A DNA stretch of 63,727 nucleotides, the filler included, from Dugesia japonica (lineage: Eukaryota), in NCBI GenBank assembly GCA_001938525.1. It is 6 parts of 6 records of this genome, joined end to end, with 100 filler letters (N's around TTAATTAATTAA, not from the genome) between each part and the next. Parts side by side here need not be neighbours in the genome. Positions count along the whole stretch, not along the records: positions 1 to 14,416 come from MQRL01608461.1; positions 14,517 to 25,087 come from MQRL01623339.1; positions 25,188 to 34,080 come from MQRL01615653.1; 3 more parts are not named here. One strand, written 5' to 3'. Below the pieces are notes generated by a model. That model was not told the DNA's origin. It ran no database searches and worked only from the letters and a program-made list of their open reading frames with translations. A program made the translations under genes and the position numbers. Within the stretch, counting starts at the first letter, position 1. Each line of letters begins with the position of its first letter. Below, in pieces: positions 13,059 to 25,189 of this stretch.

Positions 13059-13593
13059 AGTAGGTAGATGTGAGCGCACAAGCACAGATGAAACAAAATC
13101 AAACACAGTTTTATTATTTATCGAGCTCCCCCCGATAACTAATAACCCTGTGTTTGATTTTGTGTCATATTTTATCGTGGATCATTCATAAAAAGATAAA
13201 AAATATTTTAAAAAATTTTTTACCAAATATTAAAAATTTACAAAGTTTTAAAAAAGATTTTCAAAAAAATTTTCAAAAGAAAAGAAAAGAGAAAAGAAAA
13301 ATTAACTATCAAAAAAATCTGATCCGATGAAAAATCTGATCTGATAATAAATCCAATCCAATCAAAAATCTGATCAAAAAATTCTTAAATCCAAGATGGC
13401 TAGTAACTTATACCGTTGATTGTAGCGCACAAGCACAGTGAACCTTGCTAAAAAAGTTAATTTTCGGTTTTAATCAATCGTGAAAATATAAATAAATATT
13501 AAATTCCCCGCCAAAACGTTTACAAATTAAAGCAACCAATCAAAAACNGACCAATGAAATCAAACACAAATTCAAAGTCCACATCTACCTACT
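13059..13593. mobile_element. 535-bp non-coding element with Polinton-type ends
   Basis: Perfect 14-bp TIR AGTAGGTAGATGTG...CACATCTACCTACT, 6-bp flanks CACTAT/TACTAT (5/6 match), and internal direct and inverted repeats. Confidence 0.75.
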
Positions 13594-14416
13594 TACTATT
13601 TTATTGGAAGCAATCAACTAGACTGGAAACTAGAAAAATGTTGTTTTGTTTTGAAACGGATAATATCACGGTCATTTTAAATACATACATTTAATTGAGA
13701 TATTTTTAGGTATTGCTTCTGTATTTATTTGAAAACCGTTGACTAAACCATATGTTCTATAAAAAAATTCAGTGAGATAAATTGGTTCCAGTAATATATA
13801 AAAGTTGTTATTTCTATCAATATGTTGTTAAATGAGTTTGTTAGACACAAGACCAGTTTATACATAAACATTCCAAACACACAAACAATAGATTTAATTT
13901 TGTAATTTTAATTTAATTTAAAATTTCATTTGAAGAATTTAAAAANNNNNNNNNNNNNNNNNNNNNNNNNNNNNNNNNNNNNNNTATTTAAAATTTTAGT
14001 TCATTTATTAAAAACTAATAAAATTTTAATTGATTTTTTAGAAAATGCTTTTTTACAAAAATATAACTTATTTATTTAAAAAATTTTGCAATTAATTTAA
14101 TTCTAAATTAATCGAATAAATCAAATTCAAAATCTCATATATTTTAAGTTTTTAAAAACATTATTTATATAATATAATATTTATATAATACATCCAAATT
14201 ACAATTGTTTGAAAATTTATAAAAATTATTGATTTTTTAATTTGTAATCGAAAACTAGTTTAGAATTTGAACAATTCTTGTTCTATCCTGAAATTTCTGA
14301 AAAGCCATTATTAAAATATTGACAACTTTATTCATCATTCGTCTTCATTCTTTAGAAAAATTCCGAAAAAGCTATTATTACCATATTTAAAACGTCATCG
14401 AAATAATTAAAATAAT

Positions 14417-14516
14417 NNNNNNNNNNNNNNNNNNNNNNNNNNNNNNNNNNNNNNNNNNNNTTAATTAATTAANNNNNNNNNNNNNNNNNNNNNNNNNNNN
14501 NNNNNNNNNNNNNNNN
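14417..14516. other. Artificial contig-join spacer (also at 25088-25187, 34081-34180, 42728-42827, 53219-53318)
   Basis: Each is exactly 44 N + TTAATTAATTAA + 44 N. The 12-mer has stops in all six frames. Confidence 0.95.
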
Positions 14517-14988
14517 ACTCTAAAACTTAAACGATTTTATGCATTTAAAACTCAAATTTAAAGACTCTTAAAGTAGACATGTAGCAATGAATATTTTAAA
14601 ATTTTCATATTTCTAATATTTCATTAACAATATTTTTAAACAGAGTCAAATTTAATTTTCCATTCATACACATATCCTATACAAATTCCTTTTTTTATTG
14701 NNNNNNNNNNNNNNNNNNNNNNNNNNNNNNNNNNNNNNNNNNNNNNNNNNNNNNNNNNNNNNNNNNNNNNNNNNNNNNNNNNNNNNNNNNNNNNNNNNNN
14801 NNNNNNNNNNNNNNNNNNNNNNNNNNNNNNNNNNNTATATATATATAACAGACTATTTTCAAAGAAAACTCAATTAAATTCCGGGATGTTTTTTTACCAG
14901 AATCCCATACATACAAAATACTTCGGGAGTTCAAATATACTCAATCTAGAACCTTAGAAACAGATACAAATATTCAGTTTTTACTTTA

Positions 14989-15669
14989 CTAAATGACCAA
15001 GTGTAAATATTTAGTGATTAACATTCTAAATAGCTGTTTAGAATTATAAAATTTAATACTTTCCGGGATAATTCTTTTCATTAAAGATCCCAAAGAATAG
15101 ATTGCACACCACAATTTACTATTTGGTGTATGCATAAGAATAGAGCATTTTAGGATAATATTTTCTGCATGATTGAAAACTTTTGTAATCGAAATTGCGT
15201 TAGAAGAAATGTAAAAATAATTTATGTATTTAATAGGTATTATTGTAAAGGTGTAAATAAATGAAACCGTTAATTGATATTGATTATTTGGCATGCAAAG
15301 AAATGATAATCCAGACCAAAGTGCAATATTCTGAGAATTTATGGATGGTATTATAAAAGAGTCGCCATCCATTAAAACTATATTACAAAAAGTACAGAAA
15401 AAATCAAATATAATCAAATAAATACAGTAAAATACGATTGGCCAGCTTCCATTGGAAATAATATAACTTGAATTTTTCCAAACTAATACCCAATTGAATT
15501 CTAAACATGACTTCTTTATATTTTCTACAGTAACATTTTGCAGTGGATTAAAATAATTAAATTTCGGATTATTAAAATGAAGAAATAAATTTAAATCAAT
15601 ATTATATATCTTTAAATGAGTATAATTCAAAATGTTTTCGAAATTAAGTATTGATCGCTGTAAAAACAC
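14989..15669 (-). CDS. Orphan open frame (226 codons), product unknown; probably continues upstream in another frame (15738-16037)
   Basis: Too long to be a chance ORF at this AT content. No recognisable motif, and the ORF call uses a non-ATG start. Confidence 0.4.
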   Translation of the reverse strand: MFLQRSILNFENILNYTHLKIYNIDLNLFLHFNNPKFNYFNPLQNVTVENIKKSCLEFNWVLVWKNSSYIISNGSWPIVFYCIYLIIFDFFCTFCNIVLMDGDSFIIPSINSQNIALWSGLSFLCMPNNQYQLTVSFIYTFTIIPIKYINYFYISSNAISITKVFNHAENIILKCSILMHTPNSKLWCAIYSLGSLMKRIIPESIKFYNSKQLFRMLITKYLHLVI

Positions 15670-16669
15670 TTTTTTAGTGTAAACATTATAAGTACATGGT
15701 AAAGAACAATTGATTTCAATTGTTTGTAGAATGTTTTCTATAAAGAAATTATTACCAATATAACGAATAGGAAAACCAATGAATAGAAACTTGATTTCGG
15801 TATTTTAAATTGGAAATGTCTTCTCAATTTGAATATTTCATCGATTACATTGAAACAACAACGACATAAAAGATCCGTTTTCAAATAAAGATTTTTAATG
15901 AAAAACATTGCATATTTTATTTTAATCAAATCCAAAATGTATTTTAATTCATAATTAAAATCTGGAATGATATTAGTTTCATTTATTATTATAAATGAAT
16001 TCTCGTATTTGCATTCCCAATATGGTTTCAAATTCAAATNNNNNNNNNNNNNNNNNNNNNNNNNNNNNNNNNNNNNNNNNNNNNNNNNNNNNNNNNNNNN
16101 NNNNNNNNNNNNNNNNNNNNNNNNNNNNNNNNNNNNNNNNNNNNNNNNNNNNNNNNNNNNNNNNNNNNNNNNNNNNNNNNNNNNNNNNNNNNNNNNNNNN
16201 NNNNNNNNNNNNNNNNNNAAAATTATTAATCAGTAAAAGTTGGTTAAAGAAATAATTTTAATTTAGAAAAGTTATTTGTTATTTACAATTTTCCTTTTTA
16301 GTAAAGCTGTCTTTGAATATTATTGAATAAATTATGTGTGAAATTAATTGTGCTCTTAATGAAAATAAATTGTTTTCCGATGATTTTCCTAAAAAGAAAT
16401 ATTTTACTAATTATTTTTTTAAAAAAAAAATACTAAAAAGAAAAAAAATGATAAGAATGGTTTTTTCCAAATAAAGAATTTACAATGGAGAAAATCAAGA
16501 CAAATATGTTGGGATTTTTTCAGAGAATAAAAGAGCTGAAAAATTGGTGATTTTGCAGAAAATAAAGAATATAGAAGAGATTGAGGAAACATTAATGTTA
16601 ATGGATCTATCCAATAAAGAAGAGATGAAGTTAATGGAGTTAGATATTCAAAATGGTGATGATGATTGT

Positions 16670-17180
16670 GAGTGTGTTTTGAAAAGCAAGTTGAGATTTT
16701 CGTGTGATTGGTGATCATATTTTTTAAATCTTTTGTTTAAAAGAGAGATTTAAATTATTGATGAAAATTTTAAATAACAAATATTTGGTTTAATGATAAA
16801 TTAAATTTTTTGAGTAAGCGGAAATTTGGCTAATTAAATAAATAAAAGTTTCAATTTGAAATTTCAAAAATAACGATTGAATAATAAAGTAAAAATTTTA
16901 ATAAATAAAATTTTAAACGTGAACGAAAATTTTGTCTCAGATTTTAAATAAATATAAAATGTTTTAAATAAATTAAAGTAAATTAATTTTAAATAAATAT
17001 AATTTCGATATAAAATTTTAAAAAAATGATCACCAAAGAAAACACGGAATTTTAATTTGTTTGAAAATCCAAAATTGTTTTTAGCATAGTTTTTGTTTGA
17101 ATAAATTTATTAATGAATTCAAGTTCTGATATTAAGGATCAGATGAGTTTTCCAAACTCATCTAGCAATGATAATGATGA
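16670..17180 (+). repeat. Dispersed repeat family copy (inverted copies at ~42640-43450 and ~44860-45330; partial copy at ~19240-19305)
   Basis: Shared blocks GTGTGATTGGTGATCATATTTTTTAAATCTTTTGTTTAAAAG, ATGATCACCAA..AAAACACGG.ATTTT and GATCAGATGAGTT.TCCAAACTCATCTA. Confidence 0.8.
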
Positions 17181-17209
17181 ATTCAACTATTTATGAAAAT
17201 TGAGTAGAA

Positions 17210-17600
17210 TAAAATATATTTGTAAAGTAAATATATTGCAAATTTTGTGATTAGTCATGAAATTGCTAATTAGAAGACCATCCAAAGTACGGCGAATACA
17301 TAAAAATTGTTTTAATATGTAGAATAGCAATTTTTATATAATAAAAACAAAGCAGATATTCTAAAATAAAGAATTACCATTGTCTAAAACAGTAAATGAT
17401 AGAATAATCAAAATGTCTTCAAATATAATCAGCCAGCGAGTCGAGGATATTAAACTGGTATCAGCATTATCAGAAGCAGTCACTTTTTTAACGATTTAAA
17501 TCTAAACCTAATAAAATCAAGACTGAAGTAGGAAAACGATTTATGTAAAATATCTAGAATATGCTTTCAAGTAATAAGAAAGGCCATAAATTATTATTTT
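17210..17600 (+). pseudogene. Second hAT (GTF2IRD2-like) transposase fragment
   Basis: ANFVISHEIA...GEYIK...KELPLSKTVNDRIIKMSSNI...EDIKLVSALSEAV, then FLNDLNL-like residues after an internal deletion. Confidence 0.75.
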
Positions 17601-18179
17601 GTTAGTTATTAAATAAATTAATTTTAAAAAATACTGACTTTTAATTGGTAAATCAAAAGTTTTATTTTTGCTTTTCCAAACTGGAAAAATTTTGAATTCT
17701 GCATTACAATTGCAAAAAATTTTATCTTCTAAAAAAATATANNNNNNNNNNNNNNNNNNNNNNNNNNNNNNNNNNNNNNNNNNNNNNNNNNNNNNNNNNN
17801 NNNNNNNNNNNNNNNNNNNNNNNNNNNNNNNNNNNNNNNNNNNNNNNNNNNNNNNNNNNNNNNNNNNNNNNNNNNNNNNNNNNNNNNNNNNNNNNNNNNN
17901 NNNNNNNNNNNNNNNNNNNNNNNNNNNNNNNNNNNNNNNNNNNNNNNNNNNNNNNNNNNNNNNNNNAAAGAAATATAAACCATTTTGATTTTTACTTTAT
18001 TTGTTTTATTAATTATTCATAATTCTTTACTAACGTTACGTATAAAATCAAATTAGCTTTGTAAGATTGTTTTTAAAAGCGCATTTAAATTTTTGTATTT
18101 CGATGCGGAATTTATTGAAATCAGATTTGTTAAATATTTGAATAAAATCATTTAAAGTTAGTAAAATAAATTAATAATG

Positions 18180-18780
18180 AATAAAAAAAGCAGAAGACAT
18201 AATCATGCGAAAATTGAAGAAAGTTTGAGATATAAAAGAAACTTTATCTCTAATAGAGAAAATAGAAAGAAAACCTATTAATTAAGTGAAGAGTTACGGA
18301 GGAAGAAGTTACGGAGGAAGAAGTTACGGAGGAAGAAGTTACCGTAGACAGGAAAAGAAATATCGAGGGAGTTATTTAAAAAAAACAGAATCAGACTGTT
18401 GGACATCCCAGAATTATGATCACAAAAAAATGAGTTTCCAAAGAAAGGGCATCTAAATAGAAATTGACCAGATAAGAAACCATCAAAATGTTTCGACTGT
18501 GGTAAAATTGGTCACATCCGAAGGTTGTGCATGGAAATTTTATGAAGTAGATGTAATAAACCTAGACACAGGGGGAAGAATGTATTACGAACATCAACAA
18601 AACGATTCAAGAAAATAAAAAACCGAATTTTGAAAACAGCCAGTCAAGAAAATATTGAATTCAGAATAAAGAGACACATGCTATTCGTGAAACGGATAAA
18701 GATAAAGAATTATTTTCTGAAATAAGTACATTGTAAAAATTACAAACTGATGAAACTTTAAAAGAATCTTAGAGCCGATC
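18180..18780 (+). pseudogene. Gypsy gag fragment with CCHC zinc knuckles
   Basis: KCFDCGKIGHIRRLC at ~18486-18530 and a decayed second knuckle. Includes a 15-bp tandem repeat (GAAGAAGTTACGGAG x~3.5, 18288-18341). Confidence 0.75.
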
Positions 18781-21079
18781 AAAAAAGATTGTTTTAAAAA
18801 GCGGAGTCAAATTTTTTGTGTTTTAAAACGGAATTTATTAAAACCAGATTTGTTAAATGTTTAAATGAAATCATTAAAATAGTTTGTAAAATAGATTTTT
18901 AATTTTTATGTAATTAACAGTTTAGAGCAAACAAATTATAAAATTTATTTTTTGGCAGAAAATGAAATTTTAGATTTTAAATTTATAATTTGTGTTAAAT
19001 CTAAAATTTGTAATTTTTATAATTTTATTGTAATTTATAAACTTATTAAATTTCTGATTTTATTCCAAATTATATTTTTTAATGTATTTTTGTTACGTTA
19101 TTTATTAAAAATTAAAATAAAAAAAGATTAATGGCATATTTGTGAATAAATTGAAATTTTTATAGATTTCCGTTTCGAATATAAATTTTTTAAATGTTTG
19201 AAATTTTGTTTTCGTTTGTTCTGTAATTGAATAAATTTTGAAAATGGAAAGTGTTGATTTTTTAATTTCATCGATAATTACTCCAAACTCATCTAACAAC
19301 AGCATTTACACGTAACTTGGGTACATGTTAAGGGAAACAACATTCAACACTAACATTCACAATACACACGAACCTAAAAGCTGATACGAAAGAAATTAAG
19401 AGCATCAAAATCAATCCAACAATATCCAATATATACTATTTTTGATCTGACTATTTAATTAATTATTCTAACATTCTATTTGAATCTGATTTTATTTACT
19501 TTATTCATTTAAACCAGCAGTATTCATTACAGCCAGTTTCAACTGATTATCTGTTATATCCAGACAAATTTTTTAGAAGAAACGGATTTCAAATATTAAT
19601 CAAAGGTTCAAGCATATATTTAATTGTTTAAATTTTAATAATTGTTGTGCTTTTAATTAAAGAATCTATAAAATTGTTATGGCCAGAAAAACAGACGAAC
19701 CATTTAAACATCATCTTTTACACTATTTAAATGAAGTCATTCATGACATATTACCGCGCAAAATCATCTCGTCACATCATCTTGCACACGGTTCAGCACT
19801 CGTTTCAACACATCTTCTCAACACTCGTTTCAGCACATTGTCTGTGCATATCGTCTCAGCACACTGCTCTTTACCTTGACCAACTAAAAATGACTGATTA
19901 CTTAGCTGACTTTTTAGCATGACTTTGTGCATATTGAATTGGTTGGTTTGATAGTGAATTATGAAAACTTGCACTATTATATAATAGGAGTCAGATTTGA
20001 GCAATATAAAAAGATAACCTTGAACGTTTAAATACATCAAGTATTTAAATGAGTTTTGTAATTTTTTTATAATTCTGTTTGTTTAATTTTTGACGTAAAA
20101 TCGAACGGAATGTAAATAAGGGTGACGATAAATCAACATTTTTTTGCAAACTAAAAACAGACGAAAAATTTAAAAACAGTTAATCCTATTACATAACATT
20201 TCACCGATTAAATTAATCTAATGACATAATTTGTGTGCAAATTCTTTCCTATCTAAATACACAAGGAAAAATCAAACCAAATTAAGTAATATTACCTAAT
20301 ATGATGACATTTTCAAATTCCCAACTAAATGCATTAGGATTATGTTTCATTACATCACTAATCCTGGAGGGGGGCACTGATTGTGAGTTATTATCTACCT
20401 ACTTAGGAGGCCAAAATTAATTTTATATTTGGGAGAGTTTAGATATTTGAATGGCTCGGGTATTTATCAAGAAGAATAATTTTTCTTTTTTGATTATGAA
20501 GACTAGTGCATAACTGCAACTCCTCATCACCAACAGATATCAAATGCAGTAGAAAATGTTACTTGATTTTTTGATGGAAAACATTTTGTAATTTTTGATA
20601 TTTAAAGTTGGATCGATAAAGTTTTTTTATATTTTAAAACACAAGGGTGCGATTTTTTGATCGAATCAAATTTGATATCAATGCACGTGAAATTTATAGA
20701 GCACATTTTAATGTTATTTTCATTTCAAAGTCTCAAATGTGCTAATCGATTTTGTACGAAAAGCCGTTTGCACACTCAAGTGTACTGTGCACAAATTGAA
20801 TTTCACTTTTTCGAATCGAAACTTTTACTAATTAGTTGGGACTGCAATTTTGTATATAGATTGTCTAGGACACTCTTAAGGCTAAGTGCATATTCTCGAT
20901 GTAAAGGTTACTGGCATATAACCGTTTATGGGTTACGAACATAAGTCCATAGTTTTTCTTATTGTTCCTTTGGATTTGCTACTTTAATTAGAATTAAGTT
21001 TCGTTACATCATTAATCTAGGGGGATACTGAATGTGTGCTGTTCCAGAGCGCAACTACCTATCCAATATAGTTCCTAGC

Positions 21080-21588
21080 GACTCACCAACTTTGGTACAC
21101 AGATCTGGAATTTCCAGCACTTTATTAAGCATTAATTCACGATTCTTTGTTTCTTCGAATCCACAGTAGCTACTGAAGATCGGGAATCATAACATGCTTT
21201 TGCTCTATTCCAAATACGATTAATCGTTTTGAGGAAACGTGAAAATCCATCCCCGTTAATGCGCTTAATGACACTGTGTTCTAGTTTACCATTGTGGAAG
21301 GGTTTTAGCAAAGATTTTAGAATTCTTTGCAACTGACTGCTATTGAATAAATTTGGTTTGGATCACTTTTGGGTCGTTTTTCGCTATGATGATTATAATG
21401 ATTTATCTTAAACAAATTGTCCGTGGGTAAAAAACCAAACTGAAAATTGTATCAAAGTTTTAACTGTTTATTTCAGACAGCTCTTAGATTAACTTTTTAT
21501 GCATAATTTAAATAAATAACATTTGGTTTTATTATTTCAATAATCCATTGAAAACTAAAATTTGACACTTATTTTGGAACGGGGAAAG
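21080..21588 (-). mobile_element. 5' end of a DD39D (plant-mariner/Stowaway-like) Tc1/mariner element
   Basis: Minus strand reads TA|CTTTCCCCGTTCCAAAATAAGTGTCA, close to the Stowaway-type TIR. It is followed by the N-terminal remnant ...KTINRIWNRAKACYDSRSSVATVDSKK. Confidence 0.65.
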
Positions 21589-21949
21589 TATTAAACACCT
21601 CAAAATAAACCATTATATTGTATTCTCTCAGTAAAAAGCTGCACATTTAGAGATTTGATCCACTTTGAAAAAAATACTTTCAACACTGAAGCAAACCTTA
21701 TTCAAAGTTTGAAGGGTTCAAATGGAACAACGCCGGTATATGCGAGTTCAAATAATCCAATAAAATTACGCCAACAGTTAAAAGTATTTAAAAAAAACTG
21801 AAAAAGAAAGCAGAATATAAGATTATGTAAACGTAATCTCAAAAATACCAGCATCTTTATTCCTCAAGTGTAATAGTAATTGAAGCGACGTCTTTTAAAA
21901 TAATGAAATCCAATGTATGTGATGATGTACATTACGAAAAGTTTTCTGA

Positions 21950-22300
21950 GCAGGAATTGCAAGAGCTATAGTAGTTAAATCTTCTTTCTGCTCTCAAAGG
22001 ATTAATTTCATAGCATTGAAATCAGAGATGTCCTGGATTCTTGCAATGTGAACATTTAACATTAGGACATTGTGAGCGTATGTGACCTTCTTCTCTACAT
22101 TTTCTCACTCTGAAAGTCTGAACATTGAGTTCATAATTTCTTCTCATAAAATTTCCGGTTTTTTCGATATATCTTGGAATCATATTTCTTAATTTTTACT
22201 TTGATTTTCATTTCCATTGAATCTAGGTTTATTAAATCTATTATTTGAATTTGGAATTTCATGCGCTACTGTTGCATATGTAAGTTTGTCTACTACACTG
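21950..22300 (-). pseudogene. Gypsy gag fragment (same family as 54230-54560)
   Basis: CREEGHIRSQCPNVKCSHCKNPGHL double knuckle. The reverse complement aligns with 54230-54560. Confidence 0.85.
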
Positions 22301-24250
22301 ATACTCCATTTTCGTATCATCATCATAAATAATCGTAAAATAAAAGTATTTCAAAATTTTAAATTATAAAAATTATTTTGTAAAAATTAGGTTTAAAAAT
22401 AATTGTAAAATAAAAATATTTTGGTATTTAAAAAATCAACATTTTTGAAAAATATTTTAATATTTCTCAAATTATTTGTTTGAAATTTGTGAATTGTTAT
22501 TTCATATTTTTAATTTTAATAAAAGACTTGTAATAATCAATAAACAATTTATGGAGACTTGCGAGACTTTAAATTTAACTAATACATATAATTTACAAAC
22601 GGAGTCAAATAAGAACTTTTACAACTTTAAAATCAAAATTCTTATTAAACATCTCAAAAGTAATTCATTATATTGACATATATTCTCCGAGAACAAAGCT
22701 AACTATGTAGAGATTTAGGCGTACATTGAGAGACGCTTACAAAAAATCGAAAATCTTCTTTATGAATTCTTTTTAGAGAGATGTCGAGAAAAGATAATTA
22801 ATTTAATTTAATTTTCTCTAGAAAAAGAATCTCATAAAAGATACAAACAGATTACAAGAAATATTGAAAAAATTATTTTATAAAAATCTTTACAATAAAA
22901 ATCTAATTCAAACGGGAATCTAATCAATCAAAACTGTAATTAATCTGCAGCATACAAACAATATTAAATATTACAAACGTGTTCAGAAAATAATTATTTC
23001 TATTGGCCAATATTTTTTAACAAAATCAATCAAATCTAAATAATCATTGGAACTACATTTAAAATTGTATTAAATTTATTTTAAAATGCCTCAATTATCA
23101 AAGAATAATAAAATTAATATTGAAAATTATATAAATTTATAAAACTTGCCTTCCGGCAAAAAGTAGTCTGAAGATGAATAATTTGTGTTATTTATTGATA
23201 CAATACATCTGATTTCTATTGTAATAGGATTGAATGTAAACCTTGTATATAAAAATTGAGGAGTTTTAACATTATATTCAATGTTATTTGAAATGAATTC
23301 ACTCATTGCACTCGATGTTTTATTGGAATTATATAAATCAAGTGTTTCGTTAATAAATTTCACTATAAAATAAATTGAATCGTATTTAAATCCATTTTCA
23401 ATAAAACATTCAGCTTTTNGAGATAAACCCACATCTTTTATTTTCACAGAAATATCTAAAAGTATGATTAAAAATTTTATGGAAAAATTAACAATTTACT
23501 ATTAAATAAAGAATGTTTTATTAGTAAAAGCAGACCAATAATTAAAAACATTCAATCAGTTGCTTTTCAATAACTACTAATCAAAAATAATTTTTTTTAA
23601 TACAAAACAATAAAATTGTAAATAATTAAAATATTATTAATACTATTAATTATTAATACATTTAATTTCAAATTTAAATTGTCACAAAATAATTTCTTTT
23701 AATATTCAAAAGTCAATTTAAAAAATTGTCCAAATTTCTTTTAATAAGTTATTTTAATTATTATTTAAGTATTGATATTAAATTTTAAGTACTTATATTT
23801 AGTGGTAATAATTAAAAATGTGTAAAATTAACTATTTTCAATTTTATTAACTATCAAAGTAAATTCTTTACAAGTTAAAATTTGTAAAACGAGCTCCAAT
23901 TTGATAAAAGAAAAATTTTAATCGAAATATTTTTGAAATATTGTACTTTTGTTACATCACAACCAGTACTGTAGGGAGGGTCAATTTTTTAAAATTTTTC
24001 AATAAAATATGGAAAATTTAAAATGAATTACGTTTTTTGAAATATCTAATTGTAATAACGTACATTGTATGTTTCATTTAAGTATTTTGTTCGAAGTAGA
24101 GTTATTTATGTTTTATTTTTATTACTTTTAAAATCTGGGAAATTGACTCAACGAAGAAAACGAAAAACAGTATGAAAAAGATCGTCTTTTNTTGTAATTT
24201 AATTTTAAAATGTGTGATTTATAAATTTCGAGAAGTATAAATTTTTTAAA

Positions 24251-25087
24251 TGTGTGGGGCTGAAACAGCCCAAAGCATTAAAGCAAAAAAAATTAATAAT
24301 AGAGAAGAGTAAATTGATCGAGAATAAAATGGATAGTACGTATGAAACTGACAAGTATTAACTAAGAATATAAATAAATGACGATTAAAATGAATCCATA
24401 AATTACAAAGAAAGATTAAGAAATAAATTTAGGAATTTAAAAGGAAAATGATAATCGGAATAAAAGAAACAGGTGAACATCGATTACTGCAATAATTAAA
24501 AGCTCAGAAATACTAAGAAAATAAAGAATTAATTATTATAAAAGAATTAAATAAATTACGGAAGAATTTGTTATTCTATCGTTTCATTATTATTTAAACT
24601 GAATTAATGACCATGAGAGAAGTGAATAGAAAAAAAATTAGAATAAAAGAAACGAATACACATTGATCATCGAAATTAATTAAAAGTTGAAATATAGCAT
24701 AAATAAGATTTAATCATTGTGAAAATATTAAATAACGAAACAAGTGATTATTAAATGAAAGTGCTCAAGGAGTTAATGAATCAGAAAAATTGCTCAAATG
24801 ATAAATTTAGAGATATAAGAATAATGTTAAATAATAAATGAACATCAGAAAGAAAAAGAATAATAATTCAATAAATTAATGAATGAATATTTTATACAAG
24901 AAATGTAAAGGCAGAAAATAAATAATTCAAAATCGATAAACTGCTCAAAGAAGTAATAATCAATAAAGTAAAAGTACTAAATAAAAGGCTTGAATTTAAT
25001 AATAAGTGATCGGCTTGAAGATTGAAAGAAATGTTGAACCTATATTATTATTTACAATTTATATGATTGTTATATAAGTAGAATTGT
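24251..25087 (+). repeat. Possible LTR/5' leader of a retrotransposon
   Basis: Starts TGTGTGGGGCTGAAACAGCCC, similar to TGTGTTGGGGTGAAACACC at 40307, and is followed by A-rich repeats. No partner LTR is seen. Confidence 0.35.
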
Positions 25088-25189
25088 NNNNNNNNNNNNN
25101 NNNNNNNNNNNNNNNNNNNNNNNNNNNNNNNTTAATTAATTAANNNNNNNNNNNNNNNNNNNNNNNNNNNNNNNNNNNNNNNNNNNNAA

